DNA of 50,903 nucleotides, from the NCBI GenBank assembly GCA_050230475.1, contig JBFLGF010000016.1:124001-174903 (forward strand). The letters run 5' to 3'. Made by a program: the position numbers and the translations under genes. Under the pieces are notes generated by a model, which saw only the letters and a program-made list of their open reading frames with translations, made no database searches and was not told the DNA's origin. This DNA is from Ancylonema sp. Lineage: Eukaryota. Below, one piece after another: positions 1-12,700 of this stretch; positions within the stretch are counted from its first letter, which is position 1; the number at the start of each line of letters is the position of its first letter.

Positions 1-2637
1 GCGCTTCTCTTGGGAAGGTGTGGTGAGCTGTCGCGGTCAGCTCGGGCCCTAGTGTCACAACCTCTAGCGCGTGGGACGGAAGAGACTGTGGCACAGCTGC
101 GTGACCTTCACCCCATTGCCCTCCCCGGCTGCTCTCCCAGATTTTGTTGGGGATTTTAGGCCTCCCGACGATTTCATTCTCGAGAGGGACTCATTCGTTG
201 TGGCGTTGCGAGGGGCCCCAAGCCATTTTGCTGCAGGGTTGTCTGGAATGGTGTTTGAACATTTTCGTGACGTTCTCGATCCGGATGACTCTGCTAGTGG
301 TTTTGACCTCTTGTTCCTCGTGGCTGCTCATGTTGCGAGGGGTCGCATTCCGGCGTCTATTTATCATCTATTGGGGGCATCTCGGTTGGTGGCGTTGGAT
401 AAGGGTGGCGGGGCGGTACGTCCCCTTGCTGTGGGGGAGGGGTTTTATCGTTTGATCAGCCGTGCAATATGCCTTCAGATCCGGGAGGCGCTTCACGACT
501 TTCGAATGGCAGTACGGCTTTGCTTTTAAAGGGGGGTGTGAGATGGTAATCTGGGGGGTGCGACTTCTTTTGGAAGCGCCCATCTTGGGGTGTCATCCAG
601 GTGGACGTGAAGAACGCATTCAACACCATCAACCGCCAGGCGTTCTTTGAGGAGCTTCGTGATTCGGGGGGGGGGGGTTGAGTAGTTTGTTCCCGTTTGT
701 GCGAGCTTTTTATAGATGGTCTTTCCCCCTATTCTTCCGTGCTAGTGATCTGGCGGGGGGGGAGGAGGTAGTGGAGTTGGCGTCTTCGACCGGGACTCGT
801 CAGGGGGATCCCCCCCTTGGAGGGGTATTGTTCGCCCTCGGCCACCAGCAGGCTCTTCGATCCACCGCAGCCGGCGTTCAATTGCAGATGACACCCATAT
901 CGTGGGGTCCCCTCCCCGTGTGATGGAGGCTTTTAAGTTTTTTGTGGAGGAGCTCGAAAAACTCGGCCTTTCCGTGCAACCGTCCAAGTGTGTGGCGTGG
1001 TCACCATCTGGTCGGGAGGTGTTTTCGCTTCTTCCAGAGGGGTGTTCTTATGCTACAGATGGCATTCGTGTGTTGGGGGCGCCTTTTGGGACGAACGAGT
1101 TTGTGCGAGGCTTCCTCGCAGCTGCGTTGGAGAAAGATACGCGGGGTCTTCAACAATTATGCCTCCTTGAGGATCCGCAGGTGGCCCTCCGCCTACTTAC
1201 GCAGGTGTTTGCTGCTCGACCATCGGATCTGCTGCGTACTTGCCACCCTACCTCTTCCTACCTCAACCAACTCGGGGAGTACGATGCGACGCTGTGGAGG
1301 GTTGTAGAGGCAGATCTATTGGGCGGGGTGGTTGGTTGCACTTCGGACCATATTTGTCGCGTGACCAAGCTTGTTTGCCGATCGGCCCGGGGGGGCGTGG
1401 GTTTGGTTCGTACTACTCGGGTTCTTGCCTCAGCTGCTTTTATTGGCTCTTATGCTCTCGCCGCGCCTGCACTCGCATCAACTCTTTCCAGCAGCACGGT
1501 TTATCATTCGGCCCGTTTTTCAGCACTGTGGACGAGGGAGGTCTACGAACACAGATCGTGCTTCGAGAAGCGCGAGAGCTTTTCACCCAACAGTTCGCGC
1601 GGCACTGCCTCCATATGCGACCTTGGCCGTGGCTTCTATTCCTCACTTGCAACCGACACTTCTTGATGCTACCTACGCTGCTCCGTTTGAGGTGCTTGTG
1701 GCGAGCACCGATCTCGCGACATCGAGGGCGAGGCTTCGGTCCGCCAGTGGACCCGGTGCGGGTCATTGGCTACAAGCGTCCCCCATCATTCCCTCCCTTC
1801 GTATCCCCCTTCCCCTATTCCTTACTGCCGTGCGCTTGCGCCTCGGGTTTCCCCACCCTTGTCTTGCTACCTATGATACGTGCGCGTGCGGCAACTCTAT
1901 GGACGCCCTGGGTACGCATCTTATGCGCTGCAGTCGAGGGGGGGAGCGCACTTCATCTCATGACTCGGTGCGAGATTCCGTATATCACATCCTCCGCGAG
2001 TCGGGTCCGCATGTTCAACGAGAACGTACGGGGTTTCTTCCGTCCTCCGCTCCGGGCGGTCGTGGGGGGCGAGTGGATATTGTTATTTCGGATGTGGTGG
2101 AGGGGCATATTTTGGTGGATGTGGTCATTGCTCACCCCACGCGGCGTGACTTGGTGGATCTCGCGGCTTGTCGAGGGTTGGTGGCCGCATAAGATGCAGA
2201 ACGGCGCAAAGAAACTCATTATCGTGATCGCGCGGCAGGGACCAAGTTTATCCCGTTTGCGTTAGAGGCGTACGGTGCGCTTTCCGATGCAAGCAATCGG
2301 TTATTGGTGGATTGTGCTCACCGTGCGGCGCAACTGAATGGGCGATCGGGGCAAAATGTTAGTTTGTTAGTTACTTGGTTTCGGCAGAGAGTTTCTGTTG
2401 CTTTACAACGTTCTCTAGCACATGCAATCCATGCTAGAACGTTGCGATTGGAAGAGGGTATGGCTCTGTTACTTCCCCCCCCTCCGCGGGTGTTATTGTC
2501 GTCAGCAGAGTTAGGGATTGTTGCTCGGTTTCGTTTAGGGTTGGGGTTGTTTTCCTTCTTCTGTTCCGGTAGGCCGTTAGGTTGGTACCGATAACGTTGG
2601 TGTTGTACTCAGATGGGGTTCCCATCGTTGAATAAAA
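1..2637 (+). mobile_element. Decayed non-LTR retrotransposon of the CRE-like (RT + C-terminal restriction-like endonuclease) type, cut off at the window's left edge
   Basis: Frameshifted ORF pieces carry RT motifs (LVALDKGGGAVRPLAVGE; VDVKNAFNTINR at ~601; GTRQGDP.LGG.LF; GLSVQPSKC; GIRVLGAPFG). These are followed by a Zn knuckle (CACG..DALGTHLMRC), then HDSVRD...RVDIVI...LVDVVIAHP...AERRKETHY...FIPFALEAYG (RLE domain). AATAAAA at ~2630 marks the likely 3' end. Confidence 0.85.
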
Positions 2638-3119
2638 TGCGTATTTCTATGTCAACTGTTTTGGCAACAGACGTCACCAAGCAGATTTACAGGAGGTTAG
2701 CAAGAGGTTAGTAAGAAGTTCGCTTGAACGTTCGGCGGAAATGAAACACGTCGGAACGACAAATCTCGCCGGTCAGCTGGCGCAAATGTTCATGGCTAGT
2801 TAGCGCCGGCCATGTTCGGTGTCCTTCATCATTTCGCACTTTAGTCCTGGGTTGGTATGGTTTTGCTGATACCTCACAGGATACTTGTATTTCGCCAGGA
2901 CGCAGTAGCCCTCTTTCCAGCTCTCACTGCACAACATCGCGCAACTGGAATATAATCTCGAAGTAGCAATGCCGCTCGAAGTATCTTGACATATGCAGTG
3001 GAGTACCTGATATGCTGTAGTGGAGTAAGACCTCTATCTTCAGGCGTCGCCTTTCGGTGCATGAGCTTGAGCTGAGTTGGTTTCTTTTCTGATCACCTGA
3101 TCCACTCCTGGTAATCCGA

Positions 3120-6100
3120 ATGGATGAGGATGACGATTTCGGGGATGTTTATGGAGCTGTCGGAGAAGACATATATTCAAATGAGGCGGTTGAAGATGAC
3201 CCTAATCTCATGCCAGCTGTAAGACAGTCCGCTCCAGCGCCAGTCGTTGAGGATGACGTATATCTGTACGACTTGAGCGACGAGGAGCTCTTGTATAAAG
3301 TAGCTCAGCCGACTGGGACCCTCGACGTTCTCACAGAAGGTGTGGAAAGTTACGCACGCGAGGCGCCACCCGCAGTGCACGTGGCAGAAGTTCCGGTTGA
3401 CAACAGAGTGGAAGAGGACAGTGACGAAGAGGATTTGCTATACAGGGAGCTGTATCGACCGGACAGTACCCCACCCGCTTCCGCTCGCGTGGAGTCAGCT
3501 GCGGCGCCTTCTCGGTTATCCCCAACCGAGAGGTTCACAGAGGAGGTGGAAGATTTTCCGTACGCGGAGACAGAAATCCCGGGCCTCAAATCCACGTCAA
3601 ACACCGTCATGCCCACTCAGAATCGGTCCGGGGCTGATTCAGCACAAGGTGGTACACCCAATGCTGACGTCAGCAGACCTGCGAACGAGTACCCCCCAGC
3701 TGCAGGCGGGGTGGAGACCCAGGAGGTTGGGGCGGAGGAGTATGACGAGGATGACGACAGCGATGACGGACTCGAGATCGTGGTCGGGGATCCGACGGGG
3801 GACGGGTATGAAGAGTATGAAGAGGAGGGGGGAGAGCATCTGCAGCAGGAGGGGGGGGAGGAGGCGGAGGACGAGGAGGCGGACCTGATTGGGATGGGAG
3901 GGGAGGGGGCGGCTGTGGCTGGGAAGCATACAGATAGCCCGTCCGTGGCGTCAGCTGGCACTGGGGGCCCTGGACTCGCCCCTGGTTCAGGCAATAAACC
4001 TGGAGGGGGTCTACAGGGAAGTCCTGCACCAGCCCAGGGTTCAGGGCCATCGCCATACATGAAAGTGAGTGACCTTGACCTCACCTAGACACGGGTAGGG
4101 TTCAGAAGCAGGTTATTTGTATCCTAAGGAAATTGTTTAAAAGCTCATGATTATCATCTGCCCTCATAGAATCTGGGTCTCAATGTTTTTATTTTTCCAT
4201 CTCGCAGTATGTCCGCCCAGGAAGACCAGGAGCCGCCCAGGGCACGCCACCTGGCATGCGTCCGCCAGGTGGCGGCCCACGAGGGGCCTATGGCTCCTGG
4301 GGTAACGTCCACGTGGAGTTCACCCTGCCACCAAACAAGTACGTCCCGCACGCACCCACCTGCGCTCATGTACAGGTGACAGCTGGCAGGTGCTGAGGGG
4401 TTGACAGGGGGTGAAAGGGAGGGGGTTGGGGATGGTTCCAGAACTGTGTTTGATGTCGACTTGGATACCTTAGAGGAGAGGCCCTGGAGACAACCGGGGG
4501 CGAATCTTGCGGATTACTTCAATTTCGATCTGAATGAAAGCAGTTGGAAGGAGTACTGCAAGCAGCTGGTAGGGTGGGTGGGTGGGGGTTGGGGGCGATG
4601 GAAAGAAGTTGGCCTTTTTTTGGTCTGCCCGCCTGCATGCCGGTCTGGACGCCTGCAATCTACTTTGCGTTACTTGATACGAAGCAGGAACGGAAAGAGA
4701 GGGGAAAATCTGAGGGAGTATGAACTATCAGGGTGTTACTAGATACGTATGTCAATCCCATCTCTGTATGTATTCAATTCAAGAGGTAAAGTATCCGATG
4801 TACATGCATATATCTACATGCATATATCTACATGCATATATCTACATGCATATATCTACATGCATATATCTACATGTCTACCTACCTGTCCATCCACCTA
4901 CCCATGTATCTCCATCTCTGTCTATCGACCCATAGATTTGATCACCAGTCTACGTACATCTATCCACTGATTCGGACACTTGGCTGTTGCCGTATGGGTA
5001 CTGTATTGTACAGGGGCATTGTACCGTATGGAGACTTCAAATACTTGCATTTCAAAAATCCACTGTCTCACAATTCCACAATTCCACAATTCCACAATTC
5101 CACAATTCCACAATTCCACAATTCCACAATTCTACAATTCCACTATTCCATAAATCCTTTCCTTCCACAATCCCTCCCCTTCCCCCCTCCTTCTTTTCTG
5201 GTTTCCCTCCCCAGGCGCAACTCAAAGTGGAAGCCACCATGCAGTCCAAAATACGCGTATACGAAAGCAGACCCAACCAACAGGTGCCACCTGGCAACCC
5301 CCCCCCACCCCCACTTCAACACCCCACCCATGTCAACCATATTTTCACATTTTTTTTTATTTTTTTTTCAATCTTGCTTTCTCCCCTGTCTCCAGGAGTA
5401 CAATCCGGACCTCCCCCCCGAGTTAGCAGCCGCCGCGCAGGGGGACGGGGGGAGGGCGGCGGGGACAGCTGGACAAGGGGGGGCAGGGGCACCCAAACCC
5501 GGAGCTGGCCCTGCACCCTCGGGAACGGTAATAGCAAACTTATTACAGCAAACCCTCATTATTGCAAACCTTCAGTATAGCAAACCCCCTTTTTTGCAAT
5601 GAGGAATTACAAAAGAGGGAGTGGAGGAGGGTAGGAGGGGCGATGCATGCAGAGTATGAACCACTTTCACACGTCGGTTGCTGTAGTGCCACGTGGATGG
5701 CCAGCCGTAGTTGGACAGGTGTTGCCGGTAGCTGATGCCAGGTGGCATTCCCGTCCCCCCCGCAGGTGTACCAACCTAGTGGTCGCGCCATTCAGGTGGA
5801 GGGTGGGGGGGGGGACCGTCAGCCGTCGTGGGTCACCCGCAGGCAGCGACCCTTTGATCTCAACGTCATCATCGAGGTGATGACGTCAGCCGACCCCGGG
5901 TGCTGACGTCAGCGTGACGGGGGGGGGTTTGTCGTTGGCTGACATAGTTTGGGGTTTCGGTTTTGGGTGTTTTCATCGTTTTTTTGGCAGATCCCCCTTC
6001 TGGACCTAGATGAGAACGGGAAACCTAAACCGAAAGCAGTACCTCCCAAGCGGCTTCCCCCCCCCCCCCAAACCCAAGGTGGAACCCAAGAAAGCTGTGG

Positions 6101-6703
6101 AGGAGAAGGGCCTGGAGGAGGGTAGGGGCGGGGGGAAGCCCCTTCCCCCCCCCAATGTGCGCCAAGGGGGCGAAAAAGGACCCCCTCCCACCCCCCTGGG
6201 CCAGCAGCGCTTCCCCCCTGGCCCCCTTTCGAATCAGATGAGGCAGAGGGGGGAAATGATGGGCAGGAATATGAATACGAATATGAATATGGCCCCTCCC
6301 ACCCACCAGGGGGGGATGTGGGGAGGGGGGGGGATGGGGGGTGGGGGGATGATGAACAGGGGGGGGGGGATGGGGAGGGGGATGGGGATGGGGATGGGGA
6401 TGGGGGGAGGAGCCATGGGGAACAGGTGAGGGGAAAGGGGGGGTTCACTCGAAATGTGTCGTGGATTTATATCGGTTCATTTGTAAACCGTTGTGTATTT
6501 TGTGCGGTTGATCGGTCAAACTTGGAATGATTTTTTTACGGGGAGATGATGAGTGTTCACTTCACAGCTCGAGGGCCATAATCATTGACGGCGTTGACTT
6601 CTGGTTGACTTCAGGATGGGGGAGATGCCTTACATGCCACGTGGGCCCCCACCTTGGGGAGGGTATCCGGAGGAAAGGCGAAGGGGTGACTTGAGGGGGA
6701 GCA

Positions 6704-6740
<37 letters not shown>

Positions 6741-8960
6741 CTTAAACTCCAAAAACCCCCACCCCCCTCCGCACCCCCTCGCAAGTTGTGTGTCTAAGTT
6801 TTTTTGTTTTTTTTTGGGCGGGGGTGCAGGAGCCGCTCCCCTCTGCCTGTCACGAGGGAGAGGAGAAGGTCAGTGGGAAGGGCGGAGGAGGAGGGGAGGG
6901 GAAGGAAAGGGGCGGCAGGAGGAGGGAGAAGGGGGGAAGAAGAAGAGGAGGAAGAGGAAGAGGAGGAAGAGGTGGAGGAGGAGGAGAGGGAGGTAGAGGG
7001 GGAGGAGGAGGAAGAGGAAGAGGAGGAGGAGGTGGAGTTGGAGAGGGAGGAAAGGCGGCAGGGTGGTTGGCGTGAGGAGGGTGGAGGGCGGGAGGCCGTG
7101 AGGGTACGTGAGGGGGCAAGAGGGTGGAGGGGGAAGGAGGAATACGAGGGTTGGGAGGGTGGGGGGGGGAGACAGCTGTCGGACAGGCAAGAGTTGGAGA
7201 GGCTGAGGAGAGAGAGCAGGAGGGAGGGGGGGAGGGGGGAGTTCAGAGGAGCGGGGGGGGGGGAACAGAGGCGAGGAAGGGGGGTGGTGGAGGAACCACC
7301 ACGTGGCAATGGCTCATTGGGCAAGAGGGAGGGATGGGAAAGGCAGAGGGCGGAGGGGGGGGGGGGGTGGGGGGAGGTGGAGCCGCCCAAGGGAGGCAGG
7401 CAGCAGAAGGGGTCTGAAGAGGAGGATTCGGATGGGTATAAGAGCCCCCCCCTGCCACGTAGCGGGAAGAGGGGGGGCGGGGGGAGGGCGGAAAAGGAGG
7501 TGGAATATGTGGAGGGGAGGAGGGGGGAGGGAGGGAGGGGGGGCGGGGGGAATAGGAGGAGGGAGGTGGAGGAGAGGGAAGACAGAGGGCGGGAGGGGGA
7601 GAAGAAGAGGGAGAAGGGGAGGGAGAGGGAAAGGGAGAGGGAGGTTGGAGAGGGAAGAGGGGGGGTTCGGAAAGGGAAAGAGTCGAGAGAAGAGGTCGGC
7701 TTACATTCTCGGCCAGCTGAGGAACCGAAACCAGATCGAAAGGGAAGAGGGAGGGAAGAGAGGGCGGGGAGGGGGTATGGAGGCGCAACTCGAGGAGGTG
7801 AGGAGCCATTGGAGCGAGAGGAGGAGAGGGAGGGGAAAAGGAAGAGAAGTGAGGGGGCGGAAAAGAGGAAGAGGGCCGAGGTGGAGGTGGAGGACGAGGA
7901 GGAGGAGATTTTGGTGAAAGTGTCGTCATCCACGAGGGTGAGGCATGGGTAAAATAGAGGAAGGAAAATTACCGTATGGGTGGAGTCAAGCCCTCTAATT
8001 ACGATTCTCGCTATGGTGACACCCGGCCACAATAATACCTTTTTGGGGTAGTTTCCTACTTCATCTATAGGCTCTCACCTGAGGTATTGTGACACCAATT
8101 CTGGGAGTTTTCGATGTCACATAGTCGTGGTTTGGCTGTATGGACAACCGATTTCAACGTTTGGCTCGAATGAAAAGCATAAACAGAGTGTTAGGATGCA
8201 TCTCACTCTCTCTCGGGTGTTCTTTGAGTATCCCCCTTGTTTGCAGACTGGGATTCACAGCCGCCTAGGGGAGAGGGTGGTGCACAAAAACGTCATCCCG
8301 GTTGTGCACCCGCGACGAAAGAATGATCTCAAACCCGCCGTCCCCCCCCCCCCCCCTGCGGTCAAGGTGGACAAGGGAAAACAAACTTCCGAGAAACAAC
8401 GTCGCGGGCGCGTTGTTTTCCCACGGAGGCCTTCCCCCACGGCGGACACGAAACGAGTCAAAGAGTCGGGGAACAGTGGGGGGCGGGAGCGGAAGGCTGA
8501 AAGCGCTGCGAGAGAGTATGAGAGGGAGAAGGCGAGGGAGGAGGAGGGGAAGCGGAAGAGCCGCCATTCGCGTTTGGATCTCGAGAAGCTACCATCGGAG
8601 GCGTCTGATAGGGGGGAAGAAGATGTGGGGCCCGCCGAAGACACGCCATGGAGCAAACGTAGGCGGGATGAGGAGGTGACACGTGGCGGCACGTCGTCGT
8701 CGGTGGCGAAGTTGAGGAAAGATAAGGGGGTGAAAGAGAGGGTGGGGGCGGGGAAGGAGAGGTTGGGGATGGGGAGGGAAGGAAGGGTGGAGGGGGCGGT
8801 AAGGAAATCTATGTCCGGGAGGGGAGAGAAACAGAGCGATGACCGGGCGCATGATGATTTGTCTGAGAAATTGAAGTTGCGGAAGGAGAGATTTGGGTTG
8901 GGGGATGAGGAGGAGAAAGAAAGGGAGAGGTTGACTAAGAAACGGCGATGGGTTTCGTAG
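3120..8960 (+). CDS. FIP1: Pre-mRNA 3'-end processing factor FIP1, plant FIP1[V]-like (~1286 aa if the C13 run is read as C12). Exons: 3120-4064, 4208-4338, 4442-4568, 5215-5283, 5396-5527, 5766-5876, 5991-6425, 6615-6704, 6830-7937, 8247-8960
   Basis: Fip1 motif EFTLPPNKTVFDVDLDTLEERPWRQPGANLADYFNFDLNESSWKEYCKQL. Plant-type blocks KYVRPG, EATMQSKIRVYES, EYNPDLPPELAAA and GRAIQVEGG. Acidic N-terminus and Arg/Glu-rich C-terminus. All introns are GT-AG and phases are consistent except for +1 nt in the C run at 6057-6069. Confidence 0.9.
4800..4876. repeat. 14-bp tandem repeat (TACATGCATATATC)n in a FIP1 intron
   Basis: About five direct copies visible. Confidence 0.9.
5068..5150. repeat. 8-bp tandem repeat (ACAATTCC)n in a FIP1 intron
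   Basis: About ten direct copies visible. Confidence 0.9.
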
Positions 8961-9789
8961 CCGATTTAACAACATCTGACTAATTGTAGTGGATGTGTAA
9001 TAGGAAGGGCACAAATAGACATTGATGTATGGAAGATGTTATAAAATGTTTTAACGTGTGCGCAATGAGTTGTTGTTGCTTCTTTCGATGACTTACGTTT
9101 TGATGGTGATATGATGGTCTAAATTGTCTTGGTACTACATGGAGCAACCACCTCCACTTTGAATTGTGATGACATCACTAGGAGTGCAAAACACCTCACT
9201 TTGAGTGAGGTATGAAGAAATGCAACATAGACATTGCATGTTCTTATGACGTTCTAGAAAAAGTGCATATGCTTTTGAGTTCATACGTGTGTAGCAACGT
9301 AGGGCAAGTAAACATAAACGAGCTGAGCATGGGTAAGCATTCTGGTGTGGGGTCGCTTGCTTCAAGATTGTAGTCTTTAGCACAGCTGGTCCCAATCTGA
9401 TCGGGGAGTTTCCGTTCCGGTGTCGATTTCGATTGAAGGCGCCAATCATCAAGTGAAAATCGATGGGAGAAAAATGGTTGCATATTTATCCATTGTGACG
9501 TATAATGGCCCAACACCGTATTTTTTGTTTTTGTTGTTTTTGCTTGTCGAGCCCGATCCGATCGGAATATTCATGATCCCGCGCGGATCCGGATCGAGAT
9601 CCGAAATCTGGATGGATAGGGACGAGCTATGGTCGTAAGTGTCAAATTTGAACCAAACGTAGTTTCTCATTCTTCATGACGCCTCCTGTGAGGCGTAGTT
9701 GCACTCGTACGGTTAAAGAAAATACATACGCCGTGGTCTATACATTTACCAGCCATACGTGGCGCGTCTATTCGCTACATGGCAACGCG

Positions 9790-12700
9790 CCACTCTCAAA
9801 ATCTTACGCAGGAACAAAAACTTCAAGTTATTGACCTTCTGGAGGAAAACTGCGATGTTTTGCATTTTCTCTGGAAGAGTTCCTTCCATCAAACAATACT
9901 CCTATGGAAATTCCTTTGCAAACAGCTCAACCAATCTTTCAAAACTCCCATCGTCTTTCTGACACCGAATGGAGTTTTTTTCGTGAAAACTGTCAAAAAC
10001 TCCTTGAACTAGGAATGATTCGCAAGAGTGAAAGTAATAATTACGCCTTGGCAACCGTCGTGGTACGAAAGAAGGATGAGAATGGACAACCTACGGACTT
10101 TCGCCAATGTGGTGATTACCGTACTATCAACAACCACACCCAACAAGACAAGTATCAGCTTCCAAGACTTGAGGACATATTTCAGGACATGAAAGACGCG
10201 AAAATCTTTACCAAATTGGATTTACGACAAGGCTACCACCAGACTCCTATCTCTGAAACGGAAAAATGCAAGACTGTATTTTGGGGAGCTGGCCGTCAAC
10301 TTTATGAATGGAATGTCGTGCCACATGGACTCAAGAATGCACCACCATTCTTCCAACGTACCATGGACCGAATTTTGACAGGACTCCGCAACTCGCGATG
10401 CTACATTGATGACATTAGTAGCTCGAGCAATACTTTCAAGGACCACCTACAACACCTTCGACAAGTCTTTCATCGCCACCGTCAATTCAAGCTGAAATGT
10501 CATCCGGGTGAGTGTTTATTCTTTGCGGATGAAATGGACTTTCTCGGACATAAGATCTCTGGAAAAGGAATTGCACCACAAGATGAAAAAACCAGAGCTA
10601 TCAAAGATATGCCAACACCTAAGGATATTCATCAACTTCGCGCTGCTCTAGGGTTGTTTTCCTATTACCGCAAGTTCGTTCCACATTTCTCCACTATTGC
10701 TTCCGTACTCAACGGACTTCTAAAAGGGGATGTCAAATGGCATTGAGATGAGACTCAAGAAACAACCTTTATCGCACTCAAGCAGGCACTATGTTTAAAG
10801 GCTGTGCTCCGCAGACGAGATACCAATAAACCATACTTGTTAGTAACCGACTGGAGTGCACATGGTTTAGGTGCCGTTTTGAGTCAGACAGATGATGATG
10901 GTACCGAATATGCAGTCGATTTGCTAGTCGCAGCTGTAACAATGCGGAACGATACTACAGCAGCTTCCACGAGGAGTGTCTTGCTGTAATTTGGGCGGTT
11001 CAACATTTTCGGCAATTTTTGTTTGGTAAACCATTTACCCTCATTACCGATCATGCACCCCTCAAATGGATTATGACAACCACCAAACTCACCGGAAAAA
11101 ACTCGCACGTTGGGCTCTCCTACTCTAGGAGTATGAATTTGAAGTGATTCATCGCCCCGCCCCACCTCTGGCCACATGAAAATCGTTTCACCACCACCAT
11201 AACGGATTCCATTGATAAAAAACATGCACCCACGATACGGTCATTTTGGGATAAAACGCGTGCCCCACGCATTACAACAAGATTACTGGTATCATGGTAT
11301 GGGTGATCATGTCATTCAGGTTATAAAAGAATGTCCAGCATGTTCTCGCGCAAAAACCAACTTTGCTGATGGCCGTACTCAACTTCAACCATTACCAATT
11401 CGGGGACCCTTCTACCGTTGGGGAGTTGACTACGCCGGACCTATGCCAGAAAGTACACGTACCAATACGTTATGATCTGCATTGAACATTTCACCAAATG
11501 GGTTGAACTTATCGCCTTCCCTGACAAATCTTCAAAATCAGCAGCACATGCGTTACTAACCCATGTCCTTTCCCGTTTTGGGGCACGTGGTGAAATCATC
11601 ACTGACCAAGGCGCAAAATTTGAAGGGACATTCACAAACTTACTTGTCGAGTTTCATCGAGTTCCACATCGTACTGCAGCCCGGGAACACCCACAATCTG
11701 ATGGGTTAGCAGAACGCATGGTTCAAACGATGAAACCATCCTTAAGGAAAATCCTCCTCAAGGAACATCGCACGGACTGGGACATTAACCTACCTTATAT
11801 CGCCATGGGGTACCGCATGAAAAAACAAGCCTCTACCGGGTATTCTCCCTACTATTTGCTGTATGGAAGACACCCTATCTTTCAAGCACAAATACAGGCA
11901 GTTGAACATGACCCCTTACCTGAGGCACTCAAAGAATGATCAAAATTCATTCTGGAACGAAGCAAACTATTTGAAGAGGTTATGCCTCTCGCAATGCGCA
12001 ACCTTGCAATTGCACAACAACGGGACAGACACCAGTACTTTCGCGTCCACAGTGGCGCATGGGCACGACCTCGCCTCCGACTCCTCAAACATCAATATGT
12101 TTCTGTCAAACGCCAAACCAAAGGCACCCTTGACATCAAAACACATCCACAAATCCTCCGGATTACACAAATCCGACCATCTGGAAATGTGCAGTTACAA
12201 GGCAAAGATGGACGCCGCATCTAGGAACAGATGGAAAATATTTCACCCTGCAGCCTCTCTATCAAAGATGATCAGATTGACACAAGTCTGTTCAACAATT
12301 CTGACCCTACATTCTGCAAACAATGCGGCTCACGCAACGATGAGAAACATCTCATTTTGTGTGATGACTGTAATGATGGCTACCACATCTATTGTCTCAC
12401 ACCCCGGCTCAAATCAATACCTGAAAGGTGCATGGTTCTGTCCCGACCACAAGGGAGAACGCTGCTCATAAGACCCAGTTCCTACACTACCATTTCGCAA
12501 CTTCGGGGGGGGAGTGAGAGCATCACAATACCACATTGTGACTTTATGAGATATTACCAACATTCATCGATACGAGATTGTGACTATATGAGATGATCAA
12601 CATTCATAACTTAGAGAAGAAGAAGTTATGAGGACATCAAAAGAGAGAACTCCAGTTCAAAGAGAAGTTCAAGTATGGAGAACATCATTCCGGGCGGCCG

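Noticed and set aside
6794..8032. 412-aa Ser/Pro/Leu-rich minus-strand ORF and similar overlapping ORFs
   Set aside because: Antisense shadows of the purine-rich FIP1 exon 9; no independent evidence.
9545..9631. GATCC-rich palindromic cluster ending CTATG, a possible hAT end
   Set aside because: No matching left TIR or TSD found, so it was not called.
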